A DNA stretch of 64,000 nt from NCBI GenBank assembly GCA_016180645.1, contig JACPAV010000012.1, positions 1 through 64,000 on the forward strand, read 5' to 3'. The notes beneath the pieces are model-generated. The model saw nothing but the letters and a program-made list of their open reading frames with translations, made no database searches and had not been told where the DNA came from. Positions within the stretch are counted from its first letter, which is position 1. Every line of letters starts with the position of its first letter. The position numbers and the translations under genes were made by a program. Shown one piece after another: positions 48,103 to 58,398 of the stretch. Origin of the DNA: Nitrospirota bacterium. GTDB taxonomy: Bacteria; JACPQY01.

Positions 48103-49179
48103 GTGCTGTACTACCTTTTCTTTCCGTTCCGGGACATCCACACGGTGTTCAACGTCTTCCGCTATATCACCTTCCGGACTTTTTGGGCGCTCATGACCGC
48201 GCTGATTCTGGGGTTCATCATCGGTCCGGCCCTCATCCGGAAATTTGCGGCGCTCAAGATCGGGCAGACCATCCGGCCGGAAGGGCCGCAGGGACACGCC
48301 TCGAAAGCCGGGACGCCCACGATGGGAGGCGCGCTCATCCTATCCGGAGCGATTCTCTCCGTGCTCCTGTGGACGAACGTGCGGAACGCCTATGTGTGGA
48401 TTCTCCTCTTGGTCACGGCCGGCATGGGGTTGGTGGGGTTCCTGGACGATTGGTTGAAGTTGAAGCGTGGCGCCGCCCGAGGGCTTTCCGCGCGCGAAAA
48501 GTTTCTTTTCCAGTGCGTGGTGGCGGCTGCCGCCGCCTATTTCATTTTCCGACTGCCGAACTTCTCCACGGAGGTCTGGATCCCCTTCTTCAAGAACCTT
48601 CACCCGGACATCGGCCTCTGGTACCTGCCGTTCATGATGCTGATCATCGTGGGCACGGCGAACGCGGTGAATCTCACGGACGGTCTGGACGGACTGGCCA
48701 TAGGACCGATCCTGGTGGCGTCGCTCGCCTTCGCGGTGTTCGCCTACGTGGCCGGCCACAGCCAGATCGCGGAGTACCTCCAGGTGCGTTTTGTGCGCGG
48801 GGGGGGGGAAGTGGCGGTTTTCTGCGGGGCCCTGTTCGGGGCGAGTTTGAGCTTCCTCTGGTACAACTCCTATCCGGCGCAGGTGTTCATGGGCGACGTG
48901 GGCTCGTTGGCGTTGGGCGGCGCACTGGGGGTGGTGGCGATCGTCAGCAAACAAGAGCTGTTGCTTCCCATTGTGGGCGGAATTTTCGTGGTCGAAACGC
49001 TCTCGGTGATCATCCAGGTGACGTCGTACAAATTGAGAAAAAAGAGGGTCTTCCGCATGGCGCCATTCCACCATCACCTCGAACTCAAAGGGTGGTCCGA
49101 GCCGAAAATCGTGGTCCGATTCTGGATCCTCTCCATCCTGCTCGCCGTGTTCGCCATGAGCACGCTGAAGGTCAGATAA
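48103..49179 (+). CDS. mraY: Phospho-MurNAc-pentapeptide transferase
   Basis: KAGTPTMGG, GFLDD, NAVNLTDGLDG, FMGDVGS, HHH. Confidence 0.97.
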   Translation: MLYYLFFPFRDIHTVFNVFRYITFRTFWALMTALILGFIIGPALIRKFAALKIGQTIRPEGPQGHASKAGTPTMGGALILSGAILSVLLWTNVRNAYVWILLLVTAGMGLVGFLDDWLKLKRGAARGLSAREKFLFQCVVAAAAAYFIFRLPNFSTEVWIPFFKNLHPDIGLWYLPFMMLIIVGTANAVNLTDGLDGLAIGPILVASLAFAVFAYVAGHSQIAEYLQVRFVRGGGEVAVFCGALFGASLSFLWYNSYPAQVFMGDVGSLALGGALGVVAIVSKQELLLPIVGGIFVVETLSVIIQVTSYKLRKKRVFRMAPFHHHLELKGWSEPKIVVRFWILSILLAVFAMSTLKVR

Positions 49180-49180
49180 T

Positions 49181-50695
49181 TTGAAATCTCAAATCTCAAA
49201 TCTCAAATCGGCCCGCGTGGCCGTTCTGGGCCTGGCCTCCACCGGGCGAGCGGTGTGCAGGTTCCTCCTAAGAGAGGGCGCCACGGTATTGGGACTGGAC
49301 CAGAAGGATACCCTTCTCATGCAGGAAATCGTGAAACCCCTGGTGGAAGCGGGCGTGACCGTCCGTCTCGGTCCGCATCGCAGCGAGGATTTTCGGGGAG
49401 TGGATGTGCTGGTCCTGAGTCCCGGCGTGTCGATTTCTCATCCCACGATCAAGGAGGTTTCGAACCGGATCCCCGTCTGGAGCGAGATCGAACTGGCGTA
49501 TCGCCATCTGAAGGCTCCGATCATCGGCGTGACAGGGACCAACGGCAAGAGCACGACCACGGTGCTCATCGGCAAGATCTTGGAAGCGGCGGGAAAGCGG
49601 GTCTTCACGGGCGGCAACCTCGGAACGCCCCTCATCGAAGCGGTCGGTGGCTCCTGGGATTGGATCGTCTGCGAAATCAGCAGTTTCCAGCTTGAGGCGA
49701 TTCGGGAGTTCAGGCCGAAAATCGGCGTCTTTTTGAACATCACGGACGACCATCTGGACCGGCACAAGGATTTCAACGAGTATTTCGACGCCAAGAAACG
49801 ATTGTTCGAACACCAACGAAGCGAGGATTTCGCCGTCATCAATCTGGATGATCCGCTGTTGGCGGATTGGGCCCGCGCATTGTCCGCCTCGCTCATCGGT
49901 ACGAGCCGGCTTCGATCGACCTCGCCGGGCGCCTTCCTCCGGGGGGACGAGTTGGTGTACGGCGATACCCGTGTCGAGGAGAGCTATCCGCTGGCGGAAG
50001 CCAACCTCAAGGGCGTGCACAACATTGAGAACATGCTGGCTTCGATTGCGGCGGCCCGCCTCGCCTTCTGTCCGCCGGATGCGATCCGCTCCGTCCTGAA
50101 AACATTCCAGCCCCTTCCGCACCGGATGGAATGGGTGGGAGCGGTGAAGGGCGTCGACTTCTACGACGATTCCAAGGCCACCAACGTTGGCGCGGTGATT
50201 CGCGCCATCGAATCGATGACCCCCACGACGGGGGAAATGCCGCGGGAGGGCAGGAGCCCGGAGCGGCTGACCCGCAAAACGGTCTTGATCCTCGGCGGCC
50301 TCGACAAAGGTGGGGATTTCGGCCTGATCGCGAGTCAGTCCGATCGAATCCGCCATGCGGTCTTGATCGGCCAGGCCAGGCAGCGATTGGAAGAAGCATT
50401 GCGGGGCAGGGTGGAGACCTCCCCCGCCGGATCGATGGGTGAAGCGGTGCGGTCGGCGTGGAAATCCGCGGAAGAGGGAGATGCGGTGCTGCTTTCACCG
50501 GCGTGCGCGAGCTTCGACATGTTCAAAAGCTACAAGGATCGAGGTGAACAATTTTGTGAGGCCGTCAGGAAACTGGCGGCCGAAGTGTCCGCTTCAGGGC
50601 GGGAGGGGTCCCAGGCCCGGAAGACAGGCAGCAAGCCGAGCGATGGAGGGACGGCGAAGTCGCCAAAAGGGGTTTATGAAGCGCGCATGCATTGA
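49181..50695 (+). CDS. murD: UDP-MurNAc-L-Ala:D-Glu ligase, with repeat-derived insertions
   Basis: GTNGKSTT, EISSFQL, DHLDRH, DDSKATN, SPACASFD. Confidence 0.96.
   Translation: MKSQISNLKSARVAVLGLASTGRAVCRFLLREGATVLGLDQKDTLLMQEIVKPLVEAGVTVRLGPHRSEDFRGVDVLVLSPGVSISHPTIKEVSNRIPVWSEIELAYRHLKAPIIGVTGTNGKSTTTVLIGKILEAAGKRVFTGGNLGTPLIEAVGGSWDWIVCEISSFQLEAIREFRPKIGVFLNITDDHLDRHKDFNEYFDAKKRLFEHQRSEDFAVINLDDPLLADWARALSASLIGTSRLRSTSPGAFLRGDELVYGDTRVEESYPLAEANLKGVHNIENMLASIAAARLAFCPPDAIRSVLKTFQPLPHRMEWVGAVKGVDFYDDSKATNVGAVIRAIESMTPTTGEMPREGRSPERLTRKTVLILGGLDKGGDFGLIASQSDRIRHAVLIGQARQRLEEALRGRVETSPAGSMGEAVRSAWKSAEEGDAVLLSPACASFDMFKSYKDRGEQFCEAVRKLAAEVSASGREGSQARKTGSKPSDGGTAKSPKGVYEARMH
50217..50270 (+). 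repeat. 54-bp element inside murD (52/54 identical to 58396-58449)
   Basis: tgacccccacgacgggggaaatgccgcgggagggcaggagcccggagcggctga; TGACCC recurs 51 bp apart. Confidence 0.88.
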
Positions 50696-51948
50696 CCCCG
50701 CCTCGAACCCATCTCAGATCTCAAATTTCGAATTTGAGATCGCCGGAACGCGGCGGCGGACTCGACTGGCCGCTCGTGGTGGCCGTGGCCTCTCTCTGCA
50801 TTCTGGGCGCCTTCATGGTCTACAGCGCGAGCTACTTCTACGCCCTCAAGAAATTCGAGGATCCGAGCTTCTTCTTCAAGAAACAGCTCCTCTGGCTGGC
50901 GGTGGGACTGATCTCGATGCTGGCGGCATCCCGGATTCGCCTGGAAACCTGGGGCCGACTCGCCGCGCCGCTTCTGCTGCTCAGTATCATCATGCTGGGA
51001 CTGGTTCTCACGGGATTGGGCACGGAAGTCGGCGGCGGGCGCCGGTGGTTCCGGCTCGGGGGATTCAGTTTTCAGCCGGCCGAATTGGCCAAGTTCAGCT
51101 TGATTCTCTACATGGCCGGCTCCTTGCCGCGGAAAGAAGACTCCATGCGTAGTTTCCTGAAGGGCGTTCTGCCCTACCTGATCATCGGAGGACTCTGCGT
51201 CGTTCTCGTTCTGGCCGAGCCGGATTTCGGGATGGCCATGACCATGCTCGGGCTCGTGCTGCTCATGGTGTTCATCGCGGGGATGCGTTTCCGGTACGTG
51301 GCCATGACGGTCCTGGCGGCGGCGCCGATGGCCGTTTTTCTCGTCATGAAGCAGCCGTATCGCGTGAAGCGCGTCGTTTCCTTCCTCAACCCCTGGGAAC
51401 ACTACGAAGGGAGCGGGTTCCAACTGATCCAATCCCTTCTTTCGTTCATGGCCGGGGGGGGGGCGGGAGTCGGACTGGGCTCGGGCCGGCAGAAGCTGTT
51501 CTTTCTGCCCGAAGCACACACTGATTTTCTCCTGGCCGTGGTGGGGGAGGAGTTGGGACTGGTGGGCGTGTTGATCGTTCTCGGACTGTTCGGACTGATC
51601 CTGCACCGCGGTCTCCAGATCAGCCGGCGCGCGCCGGATGCGTTCACGTCGCTCCTGGCCACAGGGCTCACGCTGCTCATCGTGTTCCAGGCTATACTGA
51701 ATGCAGGGGTTTCGGTGGGGCTTCTTCCGACGAAGGGAATGCCCTTGCCCTTCATGAGTTATGGGGGTACATCGATATGGGTCAATTTGATGGCCGCGGG
51801 AATTCTCCTCGGCATAGGCAGGAGATCCCATGAAACGGTTGTTGATCGCATGCGGGGGTACGGGGGGGCACCTGTTCCCGGCATTGGCGGTCGCGGAAAA
51901 ATATGGGGAAGCCAGGGTCGGCTCCCCGGAGGGACACAGGGATCGTGA
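50692..51948 (+). CDS. ftsW: SEDS peptidoglycan polymerase FtsW
   Basis: RRW, FQPAELAK, LPEAHTDF, GEELG, PTKG.PLPFMSYGG. Confidence 0.96.
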   Translation: MTPPRTHLRSQISNLRSPERGGGLDWPLVVAVASLCILGAFMVYSASYFYALKKFEDPSFFFKKQLLWLAVGLISMLAASRIRLETWGRLAAPLLLLSIIMLGLVLTGLGTEVGGGRRWFRLGGFSFQPAELAKFSLILYMAGSLPRKEDSMRSFLKGVLPYLIIGGLCVVLVLAEPDFGMAMTMLGLVLLMVFIAGMRFRYVAMTVLAAAPMAVFLVMKQPYRVKRVVSFLNPWEHYEGSGFQLIQSLLSFMAGGGAGVGLGSGRQKLFFLPEAHTDFLLAVVGEELGLVGVLIVLGLFGLILHRGLQISRRAPDAFTSLLATGLTLLIVFQAILNAGVSVGLLPTKGMPLPFMSYGGTSIWVNLMAAGILLGIGRRSHETVVDRMRGYGGAPVPGIGGRGKIWGSQGRLPGGTQGS

Positions 51949-52933
51949 ACTCTTGTTCGTCGGTGTAGAAGACAAAGTCTTCGAGAAAGTCCTCTCGAAG
52001 CAGGGCCTGCCCTATCGGACGATTTCCTCGGGCGCCCTGCACGGAGGGGGATGGCGGGGTCGACTCCGTTCGGTGCGCCGCATCGGGCGGGGCATAGGGG
52101 AGGCACGAAAGATTCTCCGTGAATTCGCCCCGGACGCGCTCCTCGGCATGGGCGGATTCGCCCAAGTCCCCACTTTTCTTGCCGCTCGATTGGCGGGAAT
52201 CCCTTCGGCCCTTCATGAACAGAATGCGACCGCGGGGCGGGCCAATCTTCTCCTTTCGCGGCTCGCCGCACGGGTGTTCGTGTCGCATGACTCCGCCGTG
52301 AATCAGTTCCCGAAAGGCCGGGCCCTGTTCACCGGCCTTCCCGTCCGACGCTCCTTCTTCGAGTACCCGTCACCCGTCCCCCATCACCCGTCACCTTTCA
52401 CGCTTTTTGTGCTCGGCGGAAGCCAGGGAGCCTATTTTCTCAACCGGTTGATGGCGGACGTACTGCCGAAACTCGGAAGTCTGGCGGCCCGATTCCGATT
52501 CATTCACCAGACAGGGGAGGGTGACTACTCTTTCGTGGCGGATGCGTACCGGGCCGCGGGGGTTCGGGCGGAGACCGCCCCATTTTTCCACGACGTGGAT
52601 CGTCGCCTCCGGGAAACTCATTTGGTCCTCGCCCGCGCCGGGGCCTCATCCGTGGCCGAATTCTCCGCCGCCGGCCGCGGCGCCGTACTCGTGCCGTATC
52701 CATTCGCCGTGAAGGATCACCAATTCGCCAATGCCAGGGCGTTGGAATCGGCGGGCGGGGCGCAGGTCTTTCGCCAGAGCGAGATGACCGCCGACAAGAT
52801 GGCCAACATTCTCGCGTATTTTCTGGAGAAGCCTGAAAAGGCCGTGGAGATGGGGACAAACGCAGCGAAGCTGGCCCGCCCGGACGCCGCGAAGCGGGTT
52901 TGCGAAGAACTTGAAAAACTATGTCTGAATTAG
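51830..52933 (+). CDS. murG: Lipid II GlcNAc transferase
   Basis: GGTGGHLFP, HEQN, GGSQGA, RAGASS, HQFANA. Confidence 0.96.
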   Translation: MKRLLIACGGTGGHLFPALAVAEKYGEARVGSPEGHRDRELLFVGVEDKVFEKVLSKQGLPYRTISSGALHGGGWRGRLRSVRRIGRGIGEARKILREFAPDALLGMGGFAQVPTFLAARLAGIPSALHEQNATAGRANLLLSRLAARVFVSHDSAVNQFPKGRALFTGLPVRRSFFEYPSPVPHHPSPFTLFVLGGSQGAYFLNRLMADVLPKLGSLAARFRFIHQTGEGDYSFVADAYRAAGVRAETAPFFHDVDRRLRETHLVLARAGASSVAEFSAAGRGAVLVPYPFAVKDHQFANARALESAGGAQVFRQSEMTADKMANILAYFLEKPEKAVEMGTNAAKLARPDAAKRVCEELEKLCLN

Positions 52934-54348
52934 CCGGCGCAACCGATACGGCCTACCCCCGCATCCGTCGGGTCCACATGATCGGCGTGGGCGGGAGCGG
53001 CATGAGCGGAATCGCCGAAGTCTTGTTGACCCACGGTTATGACGTGAGCGGGTCGGACGCGAAGTGGACCTCCGTGACCGAGCGGTTGGAGAAGATGGGG
53101 GTGAAAGTTTCGATCGGTCATCAGGCGGAGAACGTGAAAGATGTGGACGTGGTGGTCTTTTCTTCCGCCGTGGCGCCGGACAATCCCGAAGTGTCCGAGG
53201 CCCGGCAGCGGGGAATCCCGGTGATTCCGCGGGCGGAAATGCTGGCGGAAGTCATGCGCATGAAATACGGCATCCTCGTGGCCGGCGCGCATGGAAAGAC
53301 GACCACGACCTCCCTTTTAGCCCATCTCCTCACCGAGGCGAAGTTCGACCCCACCGTGGTCATCGGGGGCCGTTTCCTCTCGTGGGGAGGGGGCGCGAAG
53401 CCCGGCCGCGGGAAATTCGTCGTGGCGGAGGCGGACGAAAGCGACGGCTCTTTCCTTAAGCTCAGTCCGACGATCGCCGTGGTGACGAATGTGGACCGCG
53501 AGCACATGAATCACTACCGCACGATGGGCCGGCTGAAGACGGCATTTCTGGAATTCATGAACAAAGTGCCGTTTTTCGGGCTCTGCGTGGTCTGCACCGA
53601 GAATCCAATTCTCCGGAAGCTCAGACCCAAAATCCAGCGCCGGGTGGTCACCTACGGTTGCAAACCCAAAGGGGACAGCTGGGCCAGGAAGATCACGTTC
53701 GACGGTGGCCGCAGCTCCTTCGAGGTCATGCTGGGGAAGGAGTCTCTGGGGCCATTCGAGGTCCCGCTCATCGGATACCACAACGTACTCAATTCCCTTG
53801 GCGCACTCGCCACCGCCCGGGAGCTCGGCATCCCGGTGGAAACCGCGCGGGCGGCTCTGAAGACTTTTCCCGGTGTGCACCGGCGGTTTGAAGTGAAGGG
53901 GGTCCACCACGATGTCATGATCGTGGACGACTACGGCCACCACCCACAGGAAATCCGCGTGACTCTGCGCGCCGCCCGTGAGAGCTGGCCGAAGCGGCGG
54001 CTCGTGGTGGCTTTCCAGCCGCACCGCTACTCGCGCACCCAGGATTTATTCGAGGAATTCATGGTCTCGTTTGGGGACGCGCATGAACTTTTTGTCGCCG
54101 ACATCTACTCGGCCGGCGAAACGGCCATCGAGGGCGTACACGCCTCCAAATTGGTGGAAGGCCTCAAGGCAAAAGGATTCGACCGAGCGCACTACCACGC
54201 CGACCGCCGGCAGATGACGGAGGAGATCGCGAGGCTCCTCCGGCCCGGAGATCTCTTTCTCACCCTCGGGGCGGGGGATATCTGGATGGTGGCCGAAGAA
54301 ATCATCCACCGGCTGACCCAGGAAGGAGAGCAGGCCCGTGTCGCTTAA
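52921..54348 (+). CDS. murC: UDP-MurNAc:L-Ala ligase
   Basis: GVGGSGMSG, GAHGKTTT, EADESDGS, DDYGHHP, FQPHRY. Confidence 0.97.
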   Translation: MSELAGATDTAYPRIRRVHMIGVGGSGMSGIAEVLLTHGYDVSGSDAKWTSVTERLEKMGVKVSIGHQAENVKDVDVVVFSSAVAPDNPEVSEARQRGIPVIPRAEMLAEVMRMKYGILVAGAHGKTTTTSLLAHLLTEAKFDPTVVIGGRFLSWGGGAKPGRGKFVVAEADESDGSFLKLSPTIAVVTNVDREHMNHYRTMGRLKTAFLEFMNKVPFFGLCVVCTENPILRKLRPKIQRRVVTYGCKPKGDSWARKITFDGGRSSFEVMLGKESLGPFEVPLIGYHNVLNSLGALATARELGIPVETARAALKTFPGVHRRFEVKGVHHDVMIVDDYGHHPQEIRVTLRAARESWPKRRLVVAFQPHRYSRTQDLFEEFMVSFGDAHELFVADIYSAGETAIEGVHASKLVEGLKAKGFDRAHYHADRRQMTEEIARLLRPGDLFLTLGAGDIWMVAEEIIHRLTQEGEQARVA

Positions 54349-55306
54349 TGCCGAAACGCGCGCCGTGTTGAAGGAGACGCTCAAAAGCGATGTGGAGTTC
54401 GAGGCCTCCATGGCGAAGTGCACCACCTTGCGCGTGGGCGGGCCGGTCGATGCCATGGTCCACCCCCGATCCATCGATCAGGTCCAGTGGCTCCTGTCGT
54501 TCTGCAAGGCGCGGGGCGTTCCGTATTGGGTCAAAGGCCGCGGCTCGAATATGCTTGTCCTTTCCAAAGGCATTGAGGGCGTCCTCATCGATTTCACCGA
54601 GGGGATGTCAAAGATCAAACGGCTGGCCGGAAACCAGGTGTACGCGGAGAGCGGGGCCAACATCACGAAGCTCCTCGATTTCTGTCGGAAAGAAGGACTG
54701 GGTGGAGTGGAGTTCATCACGGGGACGCCGGGCACGGTGGGCGGCGCGCTGTTCATGAATGCGGGTGCGAACCAGGGCGAGATGAAGGACATCGTGCGCG
54801 AAGTGACGCTGGTGAACGGAACGGGCACGGTGGCGCGGAAGCGGCGCGAGGAGATCGGGTTCCGGTATCGCGCGAGCGGACTCGCGCCGGGGACGGTTGT
54901 CCTGGGCGTGACCTTTTCGCTCACCCCCAGGAAGCCCGAGGAGATCCGCAGCACCATCAACCAACTGATCAAGGAACGCCGCGCCAAGGAGCCGAAAGGC
55001 CATCCCAGCGCGGGATCGATTTTCAAGAATCCGCCCGGAGACTACGCGGGGCGGCTCATCGAGGCCTGCGGGCTGAAAGGCACTCGACTGGGCGGCGCCA
55101 TGGTTTCCCGGGAACATGCCAATTTCATCGTGACCACGGGCGATGCGAGCGGGGACGACGTTCTCGCGCTCATCCGCGACATTCGCGGGACCGTGAAGGA
55201 GAAAACCGGGATTCTCCTGGAGCCGGAGGTACAGATCGTGGGCCGACCCGAGCGGCAGGACCTGGAGGGGTTCATGGAGGAACTGAGTCGTGAAAGGAAA
55301 ACATAA
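54338..55306 (+). CDS. murB: UDP-N-acetylenolpyruvoylglucosamine reductase
   Basis: GSN, PGTVGGA..MNAGA, SAGSIFKNP, HANF, LEPEV. Confidence 0.96.
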   Translation: MSLNAETRAVLKETLKSDVEFEASMAKCTTLRVGGPVDAMVHPRSIDQVQWLLSFCKARGVPYWVKGRGSNMLVLSKGIEGVLIDFTEGMSKIKRLAGNQVYAESGANITKLLDFCRKEGLGGVEFITGTPGTVGGALFMNAGANQGEMKDIVREVTLVNGTGTVARKRREEIGFRYRASGLAPGTVVLGVTFSLTPRKPEEIRSTINQLIKERRAKEPKGHPSAGSIFKNPPGDYAGRLIEACGLKGTRLGGAMVSREHANFIVTTGDASGDDVLALIRDIRGTVKEKTGILLEPEVQIVGRPERQDLEGFMEELSRERKT

Positions 55307-56228
55307 ATACCAGGGGAAGAGAGTCGGCGTCGTCATGGGTGGCGCCAGCACGGAGCGGGAGATCTCGCTCAAGACCGGCGCCGCGGTGGCCGACGCCCTC
55401 GAAACGGAGGGTTTCAAAGTCGTCCGCGTGGTGGATCAGGCCAACCTGCTCGACGCGGTCAAGCAGAAGAAATTCGACGTCGCTTTTCTCGCGTTGCACG
55501 GGCGCTGGGGAGAGGATGGAACCGTGCAGGCGATTCTCGAGTACGCCGGAATTCCGTATACGGGCTCGGGGGTGCTGGCCAGTGCGCTGGGCATGAACAA
55601 GCTCCGATCGCGGCTTCTCTTCGAGAAGGCCGGCCTGCCCACGCCGCGCTGGTTCTCCCTGAACGGCTCGTCCGGCGGCCGGGTCCCCGAAGACGCCCCT
55701 TTCCAATACCCGTGGGTGGTGAAGCCGAATGGCGAGGGTTCCAGCGTGGGCGTGAACCTTGCCCGCTCACGGAGCGAGGCGGGCCGCGCGATCGACGAGG
55801 CCTTCCGGCACGACCACACGGTGCTCGTGGAGAAATTCGTCCCGGGCCGCGAAGTTTCCGTGGGCATTGTCAGCGATGCGCCGCTGGGCGCGGTGGAGGT
55901 CGTTCCCCGCGATGAGTTCGCGACCTACAAGGCTAAGTACACGGCCGGGATGGAGACGTTCTTCTGCCCGCCGCGGCTGCCCCGGCGGCTCGTCGAGGAT
56001 ATTCTGGAACTCGGGTGGAAAGCCCACGGAGCGGTCGGAGCGAACTACTACAGCCGAATCGACATGCGTGTCACGGAAGAGGGACGGCCGTTTATCTTGG
56101 AAATCAACACACTACCGGGGCTGACGCCCACGAGCTGGCTCCCGAAAATCGCCCAGCGGGTGGGGATCTCGTACCGAGGTCTCGTCCGGCTGATCCTCGC
56201 TTCCGCGTCCTTGAAGGCGGCCGGATGA
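55290..56228 (+). CDS. ddl: D-Ala-D-Ala ligase
   Basis: EREISL, LHG.WGEDG, GSSVG, AKY, EINTLPG. Confidence 0.96.
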   Translation: MKGKHKYQGKRVGVVMGGASTEREISLKTGAAVADALETEGFKVVRVVDQANLLDAVKQKKFDVAFLALHGRWGEDGTVQAILEYAGIPYTGSGVLASALGMNKLRSRLLFEKAGLPTPRWFSLNGSSGGRVPEDAPFQYPWVVKPNGEGSSVGVNLARSRSEAGRAIDEAFRHDHTVLVEKFVPGREVSVGIVSDAPLGAVEVVPRDEFATYKAKYTAGMETFFCPPRLPRRLVEDILELGWKAHGAVGANYYSRIDMRVTEEGRPFILEINTLPGLTPTSWLPKIAQRVGISYRGLVRLILASASLKAAG

Positions 56229-56252
56229 TCGGACGATGAGGATTTGTTCTGG

Positions 56253-56332
56253 ACCCCCCATCCTGATCTTCCCCCATAAGGAGGGAAGGGAGGAGAATTA
56301 CCCCCTCCCCCTCGACGAGGGAGGGTGGGGGT
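56253..56332. repeat. C-rich/G-rich palindromic intergenic element
   Basis: acccccca...tgggggt outer arms with internal ttccc/gggaa and ccctc/gaggg hairpins. Confidence 0.5.
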
Positions 56333-56341
56333 GAACACTCG

Positions 56342-57163
56342 ATGAAGATCAACAAGCGGCTTCGCAGCGGTGGATCCCGAATCCGCGGATTCTCCAGGGC
56401 CGTGACCGGATTCTTCGCCCGGGTGGCGGAAATCCCCCACGTGGGATCCATCCTGCTGGGCGCCTTCGTCGCGGGGATTCTGACGGCTCTCGCGGGCCAG
56501 GTCTTCGTCCTGAAGCGGGTGGTCGTGGAGGACACCGGGGGGTTCGAATCCAACCAGGTCGTGGGCTGGGCCGGACTCCACGGCGGAGAGAATTTGCTTT
56601 TCCTTGACCTACAAGATGTGGTAAAAAGGCTGGAAGCACAGCGATGGATCGCGGACGTGCGCATATGGAAAGTGTGGCCTCATACCCTCCGGGTTCGCCT
56701 CAATCGGAGAACCCCGTTCGCTCTCCTTTCCACATCTCAAGGCCTGGTGGCCGTTGATTCGGAAGGAAAACGTCTCGGAGGGGTGGAGGAAAACTCTCCT
56801 GGATTTCGCCTCCAAGGATTGGCCCTTCCGGAGTCCGGAACATTCGACGATCCGCGCTGGAAGGAAATTGTGATGCTTGCGACCCGAATTTCGAGCGCCC
56901 CGGATCTCGCGGGAGATCGTGTCGATACGGTGGCCGTGACTCCCGGTCGACTGGAATTCCAGACGTCCCGGTTTCGGATGGTATTTGCCGCGGGCCGCGC
57001 GGATGAGGGCTGGAAGACGTTTGAGAAATTCAGAACGGCGTACGGCTCGGAACGGCTGGATGAATTCCAGGTGTTTGATTTGACGATTGCGGATCGCGTG
57101 ATTACGCGTCCAACACCCATTAAGCAAGGCTCCCCCGGGCCTCTCACTTCCACCCAAGGCTGA
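56342..57163 (+). CDS. ftsQ: Cell division protein FtsQ/DivIB
   Basis: TM helix, POTRA-like WIADVRIWKVWPHTL.V...RTP; between ddl and ftsA. Confidence 0.88.
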   Translation: MKINKRLRSGGSRIRGFSRAVTGFFARVAEIPHVGSILLGAFVAGILTALAGQVFVLKRVVVEDTGGFESNQVVGWAGLHGGENLLFLDLQDVVKRLEAQRWIADVRIWKVWPHTLRVRLNRRTPFALLSTSQGLVAVDSEGKRLGGVEENSPGFRLQGLALPESGTFDDPRWKEIVMLATRISSAPDLAGDRVDTVAVTPGRLEFQTSRFRMVFAAGRADEGWKTFEKFRTAYGSERLDEFQVFDLTIADRVITRPTPIKQGSPGPLTSTQG

Positions 57164-57165
57164 CG

Positions 57166-58398
57166 ATGGCGCGCGGAGATATTGTCGTCGGACTCGATAT
57201 CGGTACCACGAAGATTTGCGTGGTGGTGGGCGAGGCGACGGAGTCGGGTACGGATATCATCGGCGTGGGCGACCACCCCTCCCGGGGCCTCCGCAAGGGC
57301 GTGGTGGTGAACATCGACAACACCGTCGAATCCATCAAGAAGGCGGTGGCCGAGGCCGAGTTCATGGCCGGGTGCGAAATCAACACCGTCTTTGCGGGCA
57401 TCGCCGGCGGGCACGTCAAGAGCTTCAACAGCACGGGCGTGATCGCCATCAAGGACCGTGAGGTCAAAACAGTGGACATCGACCGGGTCGTGGAAGCGGC
57501 CAAGGCGGTGGCCATTCCCATGGACCGTGAAGTCATCCACATTCTCCCGCAGGAGTTCATCCTCGACGGACAGGCCGGGTTGAAGGATCCGGTCGGCATG
57601 TCGGGTGTACGCCTGGAGTCGAAGGTCCATATCATCACGGCGGCCGTGACCTCGGCCCAGAACATCATCAAGTGCGCGAACAAGGCGGGGCTGGACGTGA
57701 GCGACATCATCCTTCAGCAGCTCGCAAGTTCCGAGGCCATCCTTACGCAGGATGAGAAAGACATGGGTGTGGCGATCCTGGATATCGGGGGGGGGACGAC
57801 CGATATCGCCGTTTTTGCGGACGGCTCGCTCAAATACACGTCGGTGCTCAATCTCGGCGGCGACCACGTCACGAACGACATCGTGGTCGGGCTGCGCACG
57901 CCGGCCCACGAGGCGGAAAAGATCAAGGAAAAGTACGGGTGCGCGCTGTCGAGCCTCATCACGAAGGACGAGAACATCGAGGTTCCCGGCGTGGGCGGGC
58001 GCAAGTCACGGCAGGAGAGCCGGAAGTTTCTGACGGAAATCATCGAGCTGCGAATGGAAGAGGTGCTCGAACTGGCGTTTCGGGACCTCGAGAAAGCCGG
58101 ATTCGGGGAGACCTTGACGGCCGGGGTGGTGATCACCGGCGGCGGTTCCATGCTGGAGGGATGCGTGGAGCTGGCGGAGAAGGCGTTCAACATGCCGGCT
58201 CGCAGGGGAATTCCTGAGAAAGTCGGCGGACTCTCGGATGCCGTGAAACATCCGAAGTACGCCACGGGCGTCGGCCTGGTGCAACTGGGAGGCGGATCGA
58301 GCAAGCGCAATCAGTTCCGCATCAGGGATGAGGAGATCTTCGACAAGGTCAAAGCAAGGATGCGAGAATGGTTCAAGGGGATAAAAGACTACTTTTGA
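57166..58398 (+). CDS. ftsA: Cell division protein FtsA
   Basis: GLDIGTTK, DIGGGTTD, AEKIK, TGGG, C-terminal amphipathic helix. Confidence 0.97.
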   Translation: MARGDIVVGLDIGTTKICVVVGEATESGTDIIGVGDHPSRGLRKGVVVNIDNTVESIKKAVAEAEFMAGCEINTVFAGIAGGHVKSFNSTGVIAIKDREVKTVDIDRVVEAAKAVAIPMDREVIHILPQEFILDGQAGLKDPVGMSGVRLESKVHIITAAVTSAQNIIKCANKAGLDVSDIILQQLASSEAILTQDEKDMGVAILDIGGGTTDIAVFADGSLKYTSVLNLGGDHVTNDIVVGLRTPAHEAEKIKEKYGCALSSLITKDENIEVPGVGGRKSRQESRKFLTEIIELRMEEVLELAFRDLEKAGFGETLTAGVVITGGGSMLEGCVELAEKAFNMPARRGIPEKVGGLSDAVKHPKYATGVGLVQLGGGSSKRNQFRIRDEEIFDKVKARMREWFKGIKDYF

